This document shows, piece by piece, positions 18,254 to 30,551 of a stretch of DNA of 32,000 nt (position 1 is its first letter; each line of letters begins with the position of its first letter). Position numbers and translations under genes: made by a program. This DNA comes from Mycobacterium tuberculosis H37Rv (GTDB lineage Bacteria > Actinomycetota > Actinomycetes > Mycobacteriales > Mycobacteriaceae): NCBI RefSeq assembly GCF_000195955.2, contig NC_000962.3, positions 3,210,001-3,242,000 of the forward strand, in the 5' to 3' direction. The notes beneath the pieces were generated by a model. That model searched no databases. It was not told the origin of the DNA and worked only from the letters and a program-made list of their open reading frames with translations.

Positions 18254-20680
18254 CTAATCGCCGACGGGTTCGTCGACCACAACGTCGACGCTGGCGCCCA
18301 ACACCTCCAGCAGGTGTTGCTCGACCGCGGCTCTCGCGTCCAACTCCGCGGGGACCGTCACACAGAACACATCGGCCGCGGTCGATCCGAACGTATTGAC
18401 CTTCGCCCAGACAATGCCGGCTCCCGCGCCCTCCAGCGCCCCGGCCAGCAACGCGAGCAAACCCGCCCGATCCATGGCCCGAACTTCGAGGATCAGCTTG
18501 GCCGGCGCGGCGGTGTCGAGCCACAGGATGCGGGGCGGAGCGGCCGTACGAGTCACGGGCACCCCGGCCTGCACGTCCCCGGCCCGAGCGGATACCAAGC
18601 TGGCGGCATCGCTGTCCCGCTTCTGCAGCATGCCCAGCACGTCGACGTCGCCGTTGAGGGCACCGACAAACTGCTGACGCACCAACTCCGCCGCGGGCGG
18701 GGACCCAAACAGTGGTGACACCACAAACTCGGTTATCGCGACACCCTGGTGGACGTTGACCGACGCCGAATGTACGCGCAGCGAGTTCAGCGCCAGCACC
18801 GCGGCGGCTTTCGACACCAGTCCCCGCTCGTCCGGCGCCACTATTACGGCGTCGATGCGTTCACCGTCGCGCGGACTAATCTCCACATGCACCCCGTGGT
18901 CGGCCGCCAGCGAAAGATAATGGGGTGCAGTCGGTTCGGCTTGAGGCAGCGACTCTCCGGCCATCACCATCCGGCAGCGACGCACCAGGTCATCGACCAG
19001 TGACGCCTTCCAATCGCTCCACACCCCGGGGCCGGTGGCCTTCGAGTCCGCCTCCGACAGGGCGTGCAAAACTTCGAGCAGTTGCGGATCCCCACCCAGC
19101 GCCTCGGACACCGCCTCGATGGTTTTGGGGTCGTTTAAGTCACGTCGGGTTGCCGTAATCGGCAGCAGCAGGTGGTGGCGGACCAGCTTGGAGAGCGTCC
19201 GCACGTCCGGCGGCGACAACCCCAGCCTGGTGCAAACCGGGATTACCAATTCGGCCCCGAGCACACTGTGATCGGTGCCCCGTCCCTTGCCGATGTCGTG
19301 CAGCAGCGCGCCAAGCGCAAGCAGGTCGGGACGTGCCACCCGGGTGGCCAGTGGCGCCGCATGCACCGCGGTCTCGACCACGTGTCGGTCAACCGTCCAC
19401 TTGTGGGCGACGTCGCGCGGCGGAAGGTCGCGAATGGGCTCCCATTCCGGCAACAACCGGCCCCAGAGCCCGGTTCGGTCGAGCGCTTCGATGGTAGCCA
19501 CCGTGGTGGGGCCGGCGGAGAGCACAACTAGTAAGTCGTCCAATGCCTCTTGCGGCCAGGGAGTCGGCAGATCCGGGACGCTGGCGGCCAACCGGCTCAG
19601 GGTGGCGGCGCCAATGGGCAATCCGGTGTCGGCCGACGCGGCGGCCACTCGGAGCACCAGGCCGGGATCGTGTTCGGGTTCGGCGTCGCGGGCGAGCACG
19701 ATTTCGCCGGCATACTCGACGACACCCTCGTCGAGCGGTCGCCGCTTTGGCCGCCGCACCAAGGCCGAGATGCCGCGCCGCGGCAATGCATTCGCCGCAG
19801 TCCGCAGCCCGGCTTCGGCGTGGTAACCGATGGTGCGGCCAGCACTCGACAGTGTGCGCGCCAAATCGAATCGGTCACCGAAACCCAACGCGGCGCTGAT
19901 CTCGTCGGCGAACTGGGCCAGCAGGTGGTCGCGTCCGCGGCCCGACACCCGGTGCAGTTCGGTGCGCACATCCAGCAAGGTGCGATACGCACCGTCCAGC
20001 GAACCCGCCGGCAGGTCCGTGTGGCCGATACCGTGCCGGTCGATGAGCTGGGCGAGAGCCAGCGCGTCTAGCAACTGGACGTCCCGAAGGCCGCCGCGAC
20101 CCAATTTGAGATCGGGCTCTGCGCGCTGCGCGATCCGGCCACAGCGCCGCCAACGCGCATATGTCATTTCGACGAGTTCGCCCATGCGGGAACGAATTCC
20201 GTTGCGCCACTGGCGTCGCACGCCGTCGATCAACGCGAACGAGAGCTGCTGATCGCCGGCGATGTGGCGGGCTTCCAGCATGCCTAGAGCGGCCATCAGA
20301 TCGGAATTGGCGATGGTCAATGCCTCACTAACCGTTCGCACACTGTGATCGAGCCGAATGTTGGCATCCCACAACGGATACCACAACCTGTCGGCGACGG
20401 GCCGCAAGATGTCAGCAGGCTTGCCATCGTGCAACAGCAACACGTCCAGGTCCGAATACGGCAGCAGCTCGCGGCGGCCGAGCCCGCCGACCCCGACGAT
20501 TGCAAAACCACTGGCATCGGCGATCCCGATCTCGTCGGCCTTGTCGATCAGCCAAGACTCATGCAGATCCAGCCACGTCTGCCGCAGCCCGACCGGATCC
20601 AGCTCGCGATGGTTGCCGGACAGCAGCTCGCGTCGGGCGACAGCTAAATCGCTTGCGGCACAAGGACTTTCTGCCTCCAT
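18254..20680 (-). CDS. glnD: PII uridylyl/adenylyltransferase GlnD (Rv2918c)
   Basis: 808 aa with [22 protein letters not shown] nucleotidyltransferase motif, [11 protein letters not shown] motif and C-terminal ACT domains. Confidence 0.94.
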
Positions 20681-20737
20681 CTCCCTCGCTAGCGCTAATT
20701 GGTGCGGCCGGGTTGGTTCAGCACAGTGCGGCTAGTT

Positions 20738-22506
<1,769 letters not shown>

Positions 22507-22652
22507 TCGCTATCACCTCCAGTCGAGCGTTGGCACGGCCCCAGCCTTACGACTGACGACCTGATCCAGAACCATGCGCACTAGTTGTTGCGGCGATGGT
22601 GCCGCCATGTTTCATCAGGATTAACGTAAAACTTGCTGTGAAAGAGCTTTCC

Positions 22653-22866
22653 GTGGCGATCGCAAGCGCGGCGCAGCCGCGCGCAGCGGGTCGCCACCAT
22701 CAGACCCCGTGGCGATCGCAAGCGCGGCGCAGCCGCGCGCAGCGGGTCGCCACCATCAGACCCCGTGGCGATCGCAAGCGCGGCGCAGCCGCGCGCAGCG
22801 GGTCGCCACCATCAAACCCCGTGGCGATCGCAAGCGCGGCGCAGCCGCGCGCAGCGGGTCGCCACC
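22653..22866. repeat. Tandem repeat, 56-bp unit x about 3.8 (matches the position and unit size of MIRU-VNTR locus QUB-3232)
   Basis: Units begin at 22653, 22709, 22765 and 22821: GTGGCGATCGCAAGCGCGGCGCAGCCGCGCGCAGCGGGTCGCCACCATCAGACCCC. Near-identical; the last is truncated. Confidence 0.96.
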
Positions 22867-22870
22867 TCGG

Positions 22871-24139
22871 CTAGCCGAGCAGGGCGTCGACGAATGCGGC
22901 GGGTTCGAAAGGCGCCAGGTCATCGGGGCCTTCACCAAGCCCGACCAGCTTCACCGGCACCCCAAGTTCCTGTTGAACGCGGAACACAATGCCGCCCTTG
23001 GCCGTTCCGTCCAGTTTGGTGAGCACCGCGCCGCTGATGTCGACGACCTCGGCGAACACTCTGGCCTGCGCCAACCCGTTCTGTCCGATCGTGGCATCGA
23101 GCACCAGCAACACCTCGTCAACGGACGCTCGCCGAGTCACCACGCGCTTGACCTTGTCCAGCTCGTCCATCAGGCCAACCTTGGTGTGCAGCCGCCCGGC
23201 TGTATCGATGAGCACGACGTCTGCGCCGGCGGCGATGCCCTTGTCGACGGCGTCGAACGCCACCGATGCCGGGTCGGCGCCTTCGGGCCCGCGAACCACC
23301 GCTGCGCCAACCCGCGCCGCCCAGGTCTGTAGCTGATCGGCGGCGGCCGCACGGAAGGTGTCAGCCGCACCGAGTACGACCCGTCGGCCGTCGGCCACTA
23401 GTACCCGCGCCAACTTGCCGACCGTGGTGGTTTTTCCGGTGCCGTTGACGCCGACGACCAGCAACACCGAAGGATGGCCGGCGTGCGGTAGCGCGCGGAT
23501 CGAGCGGTCCATGCCAGGTTGCAGTTCGTTGATCAGGACGTCACGCAATACCGCCCGGGCGTCGGCCTCGGTACGCACGTTGCCGCTGGCCAGGCGGCTG
23601 CGCAGCTGCGACACCACCGACGCGGTGGCCGCCGGTCCCAGGTCGGCGACCAGCAGGGTGTCCTCGACGTCTTGCCAGGAGTCCTCGTCCAGGTCGCCGC
23701 CGCCGATCAGTCCCAACAGGCCGCGCCCGAGGGCATTCTGCGATCTGGCGAGCCGTCCGCGCAGTCGTTCCAATCGACCTTCGGGCGGCGCGATGGCGTC
23801 AGCCTCGGGGACCTCTGGAGCCTGGGGTTCTGGCTCAAACTCGGGAAGGTGTACGTCGGCGATCGTGCGCTTGGGCGCGTCGCGAGGGACGGTCGCATCG
23901 TCGCCCACGGCGGGCAGTCCGCTCGTATCGATCCGCTCGGCCGGCTGGGTCGTCGGCGTCTGACTAAACGTGATGCCAGACGATGCGGTGTAACCGCCTG
24001 AGCGGTCGACAACGCCGCGCTCGGGCCGAGGCGACAGACTGATGCGCCGCCGACGGTAGAGCACCAGCCCCAGGGTCAGCGCAGCGATGACGACCAGGGC
24101 GGCGATGACCGCCGTGGCGATCCACAAACCTTCCCACAC
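22871..24139 (-). CDS. ftsY: SRP receptor FtsY with N-terminal TM segment (Rv2921c)
   Basis: 422 aa with MWEGLWIATAVIAALVVIAALTLGLVLYRRRR, GVNGTGKTTTVGKLARVL, DTAGRLHTKVGLMDE, TKLDGTAKGG. Confidence 0.96.
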   Translation of the reverse strand: MWEGLWIATAVIAALVVIAALTLGLVLYRRRRISLSPRPERGVVDRSGGYTASSGITFSQTPTTQPAERIDTSGLPAVGDDATVPRDAPKRTIADVHLPEFEPEPQAPEVPEADAIAPPEGRLERLRGRLARSQNALGRGLLGLIGGGDLDEDSWQDVEDTLLVADLGPAATASVVSQLRSRLASGNVRTEADARAVLRDVLINELQPGMDRSIRALPHAGHPSVLLVVGVNGTGKTTTVGKLARVLVADGRRVVLGAADTFRAAAADQLQTWAARVGAAVVRGPEGADPASVAFDAVDKGIAAGADVVLIDTAGRLHTKVGLMDELDKVKRVVTRRASVDEVLLVLDATIGQNGLAQARVFAEVVDISGAVLTKLDGTAKGGIVFRVQQELGVPVKLVGLGEGPDDLAPFEPAAFVDALLG

Positions 24140-24188
24140 GCTGACAATCCTTCCAGGGGTCGCTTGCCCCGATGCTTAGGGACGAACC

Positions 24189-27100
24189 CTACGAGGAATT
24201 GGTAACCAGCTGATCCACCTGCTGACCGCGCATGCGCTGCGAGATGACCGCGGTGATGCCGTCGTTCTGCATGGTTACGCCGTACAGTGCGTCCGCGACC
24301 TCCATCGTCGGCTTCTGGTGGGTGATGATGATGATCTGCGACTGCTCTCGCAGCTGTTCGAACAGGCTGAGCAGTCGGCGCAGGTTCACGTCGTCGAGGG
24401 CGGCCTCCACCTCGTCCATGATGTAGAACGGCGATGGACGGGCACGAAAGATCGCGACCAGCATCGCCACCGCGGTCAGCGCCTTCTCGCCACCGGAGAG
24501 CAAAGACAGTCGGGTAATCTTCTTGCCCGGCGGGCGGGCTTCGACCTCGATGCCGGTGGTGAGCATGTCGTCGGGCTCGGTCAGCCGCAGCCGTCCTTCA
24601 CCACCGGGGAACAATGCGGTGAACACGCCGCGAAATTCGCGTTCCACGTCTACGAACGCGTCATTGAACACCTGCAGGATGCGGGCGTCAACATCGGCGA
24701 CGACGCCCAGCAGATCCTTGCGGGCAGCCTTGACATCCTCGAGTTGGGTGGACAGGAAATTGTAGCGCTCCTCCAAGGCAGCAAACTCTTCGAGCGCCAG
24801 CGGGTTGACCCTGCCCAACTCGGCAAGCGCACGCTCGGCGCGTTTGGCCCGGCGCTCCTGGGTAACCCGGTCGAACGGCATGGGGGCGGGCGCAATCACC
24901 TGCTCGCCGCGTTCGCGGGCTTGCTCGAACTCAGCCATCTCGAGCTCGGTCGGTGGTAGCGCCACATGTGGACCGTATTCGGTGATCAAGTCGGCCGGCG
25001 CCATTCCGAACTGCTCTAGCACCATCTGCTCAAGCTGCTCGATACGCAGCGCCGCCTGCGCGTTAGCCAGCTCGTCGCGGTGCAGCGAATCGGTGAGTTC
25101 CCCCACTCGGGCGCTCAGCGTGTTCACCTCGTCGCGCACCGCGGCCATCGCCGCTAACCGCTGCTGACGTTGCGCGGCCGACGCGTCGCGCAGTTGCGAC
25201 GCCCCGTCCACCGCCCGGTGCAACCGCCCGGCCAGCAGCCGTCCGCAGTCGGCGACCGCTGCGGCCACCGCGGCCGCATGCAGTCTTGCGGCGCGTGCTT
25301 GCTGAGCCCGCACCCGCGCCTCACGTTCCGCCGCAGCCGCACGGCGCAGCGAATCGGCCCGCCCGCGAACCGCGTTGGCGCGTTCCTCGGCGGTGCGCAC
25401 CGCCAGCCGGGCTTCCACTTCGACACCGCGGGCGCGATCGGCAGCGGCACTGATCGCCTGGCGGTCGATCGGTTGGGCCACCTGCACCCGTTGGGTCTCC
25501 TGGGCCTTACGCAGCTGGGTCTCAAGTTGTATGACGTCGTCGAGAGTCTGTGTGCGCACGGCTTCCTGTTCCGTACGCTGCTGCAGCAACCGGTTCCACT
25601 CTTCTTCCGCCGCGCGGGCCTCCTGCCCGAGGCGGCCCAGCTGCTCGTACATCGCCGAGATGGCCGTGTCGGATTCGTTAAGCGCGGCCAAGGCTTGCTC
25701 GGCCGCGTCCTGGCGGGCGGACTGCTCGGTCAGCGCACCGGCCAGGGCCGCATTCAATTGCGCCGCCAGCGCCTCGGCAGCGGCCAGCTCACTCCTGGCC
25801 TTGTCGATCTCGGAGGTGACCTCCAAGGTGGACAGCTTGCGGTCCGATCCGCCGCTGACCCAGCCGGCGCCCACCAGATCACCGTCAACGGTGACCGCGC
25901 GTAGCTCCGGACGAATCTCGACCAGGCCCATTGCCTCAGTCAGGTCGTTGACCACCGCGACACCCGAAAGCATGGCGATCATCGCGCCAACCAACTGCGG
26001 TGGAGACTCGACCAGGTCTAGGGCCCACTGGGCGCCGCTAGGCAGCATCTCCCCCGAGGCGGATTGGGGGGCTTGCGGGGCCGGCCAGTCACTCAGCACG
26101 AGGACCGCGCGACCGCCGTCGGCTTGTTTGAGTGCGCTGACGGCACTACCCGCGGCAGTCAGGCCGTCCACCGCAAGTGCGTCGGCCGCCGGCCCGAGCG
26201 CCGCGGCCAGTGCCGCTTCATAGCCGGAACGTACCTTCACCAATTGGGCGATCGAACCGAAAAGCCCTGCGCCACTGCGATTGTGCGCCAGCCACGCCGC
26301 GCCGTCCTTGCGCTGTAGCCCCACTGCGAGCGCATCGATGCGAGCCCGTAGCGATGCCACCTGGCGTTCGGCGGCGCGTTCGGCGGATTGCAGCTCGGCG
26401 ACGCGTTCGTCGGCCAACCGCAACGCGGCCACAGTACGCTCGTGGTGCTCATCCAGGCCGACCTCGCCTTGATCCAGTTCACCGATGCGGCCCTGCACGG
26501 TTTCGAACTCGGCTCGGGTCTGCTGGGCGCGCATTGCGGCATCCTCGATCCGCTCGGACAACCGTGCCACGCTCTCATCGATCGATTCGACACGCGCCCG
26601 CATGGTCTCCACCTGGCCAGCCAGCCGCGCCAGTCCCTCACGGCGGTCCGCCTCCTCCCGGACCGCCGCCAGGTGTGCCCGGTCGGCCTCGGCGGCGCGG
26701 CGCTCCCGGTCGGCCAGCTCTGCACGGGCAGCATCGAGTCGGGCACGCGCCGCGTCCAGCTCCGCTAACAGTTGTTGCTCGGCGACGGCCACCTGCTGGG
26801 CCTCGGCTTCTAGCTCCTCGGGCTTTCTGGGGTCGGTGTCGCTGACCGCTACCGGCTCGATATCGAGATGATGGGCGCGTTCGCTGGCGATGCGCACCGT
26901 AGCGTCCACCCGTTCGGCCAGCGCAGACAGCCCGAACCAAGTGTGCTGGATCGACTCGGCCCGCGTCGAGAGTTCGGCGACCGCGGACTCATGCGCGGCC
27001 AGCTCCTCGGATGCCACCGCCAGCCGGGCGGCGGCCTCGTCATGCTCGCGGCGCATCGCAGCCTCGGCCTGAAAGACCGCTTCCCGTTCGGCTCTGCGGC

Positions 27101-27806
27101 TTACCAAGTCGTCGGCCGCCAGGCGCAGCCGGGCGTCGCGCAGATCGGCTTGGATGGCCGCGGCACGCTGGGCCGCCTCGGCCTGCCGGCCCAGCGGTTT
27201 GAGTTGACGCCGGAGCTCGGTGGTCAGATCGGTGAGCCGGGCCAGGTTCGCCGCCATCGTGTCGAGTTTGCGCAGAGCTTTTTCCTTGCGCTTGCGATGC
27301 TTGAGCACACCGGCGGCTTCCTCGATGAACGCCCGCCGATCCTCAGGCCGCGACTGCAAGATCTCCTCGAGCTTCCCTTGCCCAACAATCACATGCATCT
27401 CACGGCCGATGCCGGAGTCGCTCAGCAACTCCTGCACATCCATCAAACGGCAACTGCTGCCGTTGATTTCGTATTCGCTGGCACCGTCGCGAAACATTCT
27501 TCGGGTGATCGACACCTCGGTGTATTCGATAGGCAGTGCGTTGTCGGAGTTGTCGATGCTAACGGTGACTTCGGCGCGGCCCAGCGGCGCACGCGACGAG
27601 GTGCCGGCGAAGATGACGTCTTCCATCTTGCCGCCGCGCAGCGTCTTTGCCCCCTGCTCCCCCATCACCCACGCCAGGGCATCGACCACATTGGATTTGC
27701 CGGAGCCGTTGGGCCCAACGACGGCCGTAATGCCCGGCTCGAAGCGTAAAGTCGTCGGCGCGGCGAAGGACTTGAAGCCCTTCAACGTCAGACTCTTGAG
27801 GTACAC
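24189..27806 (-). CDS. smc: Chromosome segregation protein SMC (Rv2922c)
   Basis: GTG start at 27806: (M)[21 protein letters not shown]...[16 protein letters not shown]. Long coiled coils, [30 protein letters not shown]. 1205 aa; the ORF track extends upstream to 28058. Confidence 0.95.
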
Positions 27807-27817
27807 GAGGGGCCAGA

Positions 27818-28099
27818 TTACCGCTCGCTGAACCCGGTGATCTGCTCCGTCGACTGCGACCAGTCGGCGACGACTTTGGCGACGCGGCCCGGTGTCGTGT
27901 CGCCCTGCAGCAGCTGCAGCAGCTTCTGGCACGCAGCGCGCGGACCCTGGGCGACCACCAGCACGCGTCCGTCGGCGTGGTTGGCCGCGTAACCGGTCAG
28001 GCCGAGCTCCAACGCTCGGCAGCGGGTCCACCAGCGGAAACCGACTCCCTGCACCCACCCGTGCACCCAGGCGGTCAGCCGCACGTCAGGCGCCGACAT
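27818..28099 (-). CDS. acyP: Acylphosphatase (Rv2922A)
   Basis: 93 aa with [41 protein letters not shown]. Confidence 0.95.
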   Translation of the reverse strand: MSAPDVRLTAWVHGWVQGVGFRWWTRCRALELGLTGYAANHADGRVLVVAQGPRAACQKLLQLLQGDTTPGRVAKVVADWSQSTEQITGFSER

Positions 28100-28499
28100 C
28101 GACGACCTCCAAGTTGACCGTGGTGCCCGACTTGAGGGTGCGCCCGACGGTGCACGCCAGCTCCACCGCGCGGTTGATGACCACCAGCAGACGCTCCTTT
28201 TCGTCCTCGGTGAGGCCCGACAAGTCGAGCTCCATGGTCTCCTCGATCAGGGGATAGCGCTCCTGGTCGCGGTCGGCCGCACCGGATACCTTGACCACCG
28301 CCTGGTAGTCGTCGCCGAGCCGCCGGGCCAGCGGCTGGTCACTGGCCATCCCGCTGCATGCGGCGAGTGCGATCTTGAGCAGCTCTCCGGGGGTGAATAC
28401 CCCGTCGACGTCCTCGGAGCCAACCAGCACCTGCGCCCCCCGCGTGCTGCGTCCGATGTAACGGCGCGTGCCGGTGCGCTCGACCCACAGTTGCGTCAT
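28086..28499 (-). CDS. OsmC/Ohr-family protein (Rv2923c)
   Basis: 137 aa with [18 protein letters not shown] and a downstream [15 protein letters not shown]. Overlaps acyP by 14 nt. Confidence 0.85.
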   Translation of the reverse strand: MTQLWVERTGTRRYIGRSTRGAQVLVGSEDVDGVFTPGELLKIALAACSGMASDQPLARRLGDDYQAVVKVSGAADRDQERYPLIEETMELDLSGLTEDEKERLLVVINRAVELACTVGRTLKSGTTVNLEVVDVGA

Positions 28500-28524
28500 G
28501 GCTTCTTTCTACCCGGGGGTCTTT

Positions 28525-28587
28525 GCGTCGAGATCGACGGCAGCGCCCCCGCGAGAGAGAGCATCGCGCTGACGTCGATCTCGATGC
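28525..28587. terminator. Strong imperfect hairpin between fpg and Rv2923c (terminator- or attenuator-like, no U-tract)
   Basis: 28525-28546 GCGTCGAGATCGACGGCAGCGC pairs with 28566-28587 GCGCTGACGTCGATCTCGATGC, 22 positions with 2 non-Watson-Crick. Loop 19 nt. Confidence 0.55.
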
Positions 28588-28600
28588 GTCAACACCCGCC

Positions 28601-29470
28601 CTACTTTCGGGGCCGCGGCTGGCATCGCGGGCAGTAGAACGACGAGCGGTTCATAAACCTCTCCCGGCGTATCACCGCGCCGCAGCGCCGACAGTTTTCG
28701 CCTTCGCGGCCATAAGCGTCCAGCGACCGCTCGAAGTAGCCCGACTCGCCGTTGACGTTGACATACAAAGAGTCGAACGAGGTGCCACCTTTCGCCAGCG
28801 CTTCGCGCATCACGTCGGCGGCGGCATGCAGGACCGCTCCCAGACGCCGGCACCTTAGTGTGGCGGCGACGTGGGCGCCGTTCACCTTGGCCCGCCACAG
28901 CGCCTCATCGGCATAGATGTTGCCGATTCCCGACACCACCCGCTGATCCAGCAGCTGGCGCTTGAGTTCGGAATGCTTGCGCCGCAACACTTTAACTACA
29001 GCGTCACAATCGAACCGCGGGTCAAGCGGGTCGCGCGCCAGGTGGGCGACCGGCACCGGTACCACGCTGCCGTCCACCGTCACCAGGTCGGCAAGCAGCC
29101 ACCCTCCGAAGGTCCGTTGGTCAGCGAAGCTCAGCACGGTCCCGTCGTCGAGCAGCGCGGAAATCCGGACGTGAGCGGCACACGGCACCGCCCCGAGCAG
29201 CATCTGCCCACTCATGCCCAGGTGCACCACGAGTGCGGTGTCCGTCGGCCTATGGACCCCAGCCGTATTGAGTGTCAACCACAGGTACTTGCCGCGCCGA
29301 TCGGTTCCGTTGATCCGCGCTCCCCGCAGCCGCGCCGTCAGATCCGCGGGCCCGGCATCGTGGCGGCGCACAGCGCGGGGGTGGTGCACCCGAACCTCGG
29401 TGATGGTCCGGCCGGTCACGTGAGCCTGCAAGCCGCGCCGCACCACCTCGACTTCGGGCAGCTCGGGCAT
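28601..29470 (-). CDS. fpg: Formamidopyrimidine-DNA glycosylase (Rv2924c)
   Basis: 289 aa [21 protein letters not shown]... with a C-terminal zinc finger [25 protein letters not shown]. Start fixed at 29470 because Fpg needs Pro next to the initiator Met. Confidence 0.96.
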   Translation of the reverse strand: MPELPEVEVVRRGLQAHVTGRTITEVRVHHPRAVRRHDAGPADLTARLRGARINGTDRRGKYLWLTLNTAGVHRPTDTALVVHLGMSGQMLLGAVPCAAHVRISALLDDGTVLSFADQRTFGGWLLADLVTVDGSVVPVPVAHLARDPLDPRFDCDAVVKVLRRKHSELKRQLLDQRVVSGIGNIYADEALWRAKVNGAHVAATLRCRRLGAVLHAAADVMREALAKGGTSFDSLYVNVNGESGYFERSLDAYGREGENCRRCGAVIRRERFMNRSSFYCPRCQPRPRK

Positions 29471-29824
29471 CCAGTGATGATCGCAAGCGCGGCGAAGCCG
29501 GGCGCAGCGGGTCATCACCATCGAACCAGTGATGATCGCAAGCGCGGCGAAGCCGGGCGCAGCGGGTCATCACCATCGAACCAGTGATGATCGCAAGCGC
29601 GGCGAAGCCGGGCGCAGTCCCCCGCAAGCGGGAGGTGCCCCCAGGTCATCACCATCGAACCAGTGATGATCGCAAGCGCGGCGAAGCCGGGCGCAGTCCC
29701 CCGCAAGCGGGAGGTGCCCCCAGGTCATCACCATCGAACCAGTGATGATCGCAAGCGCGGCGAAGCCGGGCGCAGTCCCCCGCAAGCGCGGCAAAGCCGG
29801 CGCCCCCAGGTCATCACCATCAAT
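29471..29824. repeat. Compound tandem repeat, 2 x 55 bp + 2 x 79 bp + 1 diverged 86 bp unit (matches VNTR locus ETR-F)
   Basis: CCAGTGATGATCGCAAGCGCGGCG repeats at 29471, 29526, 29581, 29660 and 29739. The 79-bp units carry an internal TCCCCCGCAAGCGGGAGGTGCCCCCA block. Confidence 0.95.
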
Positions 29825-29828
29825 CCAG

Positions 29829-30551
29829 TTAGGCGGAGGTTTTGCCCGGCATGGCGTTGTCGAGCACTTCCAGGGCTTTCCAAGCGGCCGCCGCGGCTTT
29901 TTGCTCGGCTTCTTTTTTGGACCGGCCCACTCCTGAACCGTATTCGCTGTCCATCACGACAACCACCGCGGTGAATTCCTTATCGTGGTCCGGGCCGGTG
30001 GAGGTGACCAGGTATGACGGCGCACCCAGCCCTCGCGCTGCAGTCAGCTCCTGCAAGCTGGTCTTCCAATCCAATCCCGCACCCAGGGTCGGCGCGGCGT
30101 CCAGCAACGGGCCAAACAGCCGCAGGATCACCTCACGGGCCTTCTCCATACCGTGTTGCAGGTAGATCGCGCCCAGCAGCGATTCCATACCGTCGGCCAG
30201 AATGCTGGACTTGTCGGCCCCGCCGGTGTTCGCCTCGCCGCGACCCAATAGCACGTGAACACCGAGGCCTTCCGCACAGAGGCGGCGTGCGACGTCGGCC
30301 AGGGCCTGGGTGTTGACTACGCTGGCCCGCAGTTTGGCCAGATCCCCCTCCGACCGATCAGGATGACGATGGAACAGCGCGTCGGTGATGGTCAGCCCTA
30401 GCACGGCATCGCCGAGAAACTCCAAACGCTCGTTGGTCGGCAGCCCGCCGTTCTCGTAGGCGTAGCTGCGGTGGGTCAACGCCAGTGAGAGCAGCTCGTC
30501 CGGGAGGTCCACACCGAGTGCGTCGAGCAGGGGTTGTCGTGACCGGATCAT
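29829..30551 (-). CDS. rnc: Ribonuclease III (Rv2925c)
   Basis: 240 aa with [20 protein letters not shown] and a C-terminal dsRBD ([22 protein letters not shown]...[16 protein letters not shown]). Confidence 0.96.
   Translation of the reverse strand: MIRSRQPLLDALGVDLPDELLSLALTHRSYAYENGGLPTNERLEFLGDAVLGLTITDALFHRHPDRSEGDLAKLRASVVNTQALADVARRLCAEGLGVHVLLGRGEANTGGADKSSILADGMESLLGAIYLQHGMEKAREVILRLFGPLLDAAPTLGAGLDWKTSLQELTAARGLGAPSYLVTSTGPDHDKEFTAVVVVMDSEYGSGVGRSKKEAEQKAAAAAWKALEVLDNAMPGKTSA

Noticed and set aside
22600-22652. Possible GlnR box upstream of amt (TTAACGTAAAACTTGCTGTGAAAG)
   Set aside because: AT-rich and suggestive, but I could not find clean AC-n9-AC spacing by eye. ChIP-seq for GlnR or a motif scan would decide.
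22596-23332. Plus-strand ORFs with repeated peptide [31 protein letters not shown]
   Set aside because: The peptide repeat is a by-product of the 56-bp tandem array, which is not a multiple of 3, and the ORFs then run antisense through ftsY. Not a coding repeat protein.
27807-28058. Extended N-terminus of smc in the ORF track (84 extra residues)
   Set aside because: The extension overlaps acyP and is not SMC-like. The ATPase N-terminus begins at [13 protein letters not shown] after GTG 27806.
29250-29794. Minus-strand small ORFs [21 protein letters not shown]...
   Set aside because: They arise from reading through the repeat in shifting frames. The true fpg start is fixed by MPELPEV.
29471-29824. 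CRISPR-like array
   Set aside because: Units are contiguous or differ by an insertion block, with no unique spacers and no cas genes. Pattern and position fit the ETR-F VNTR.
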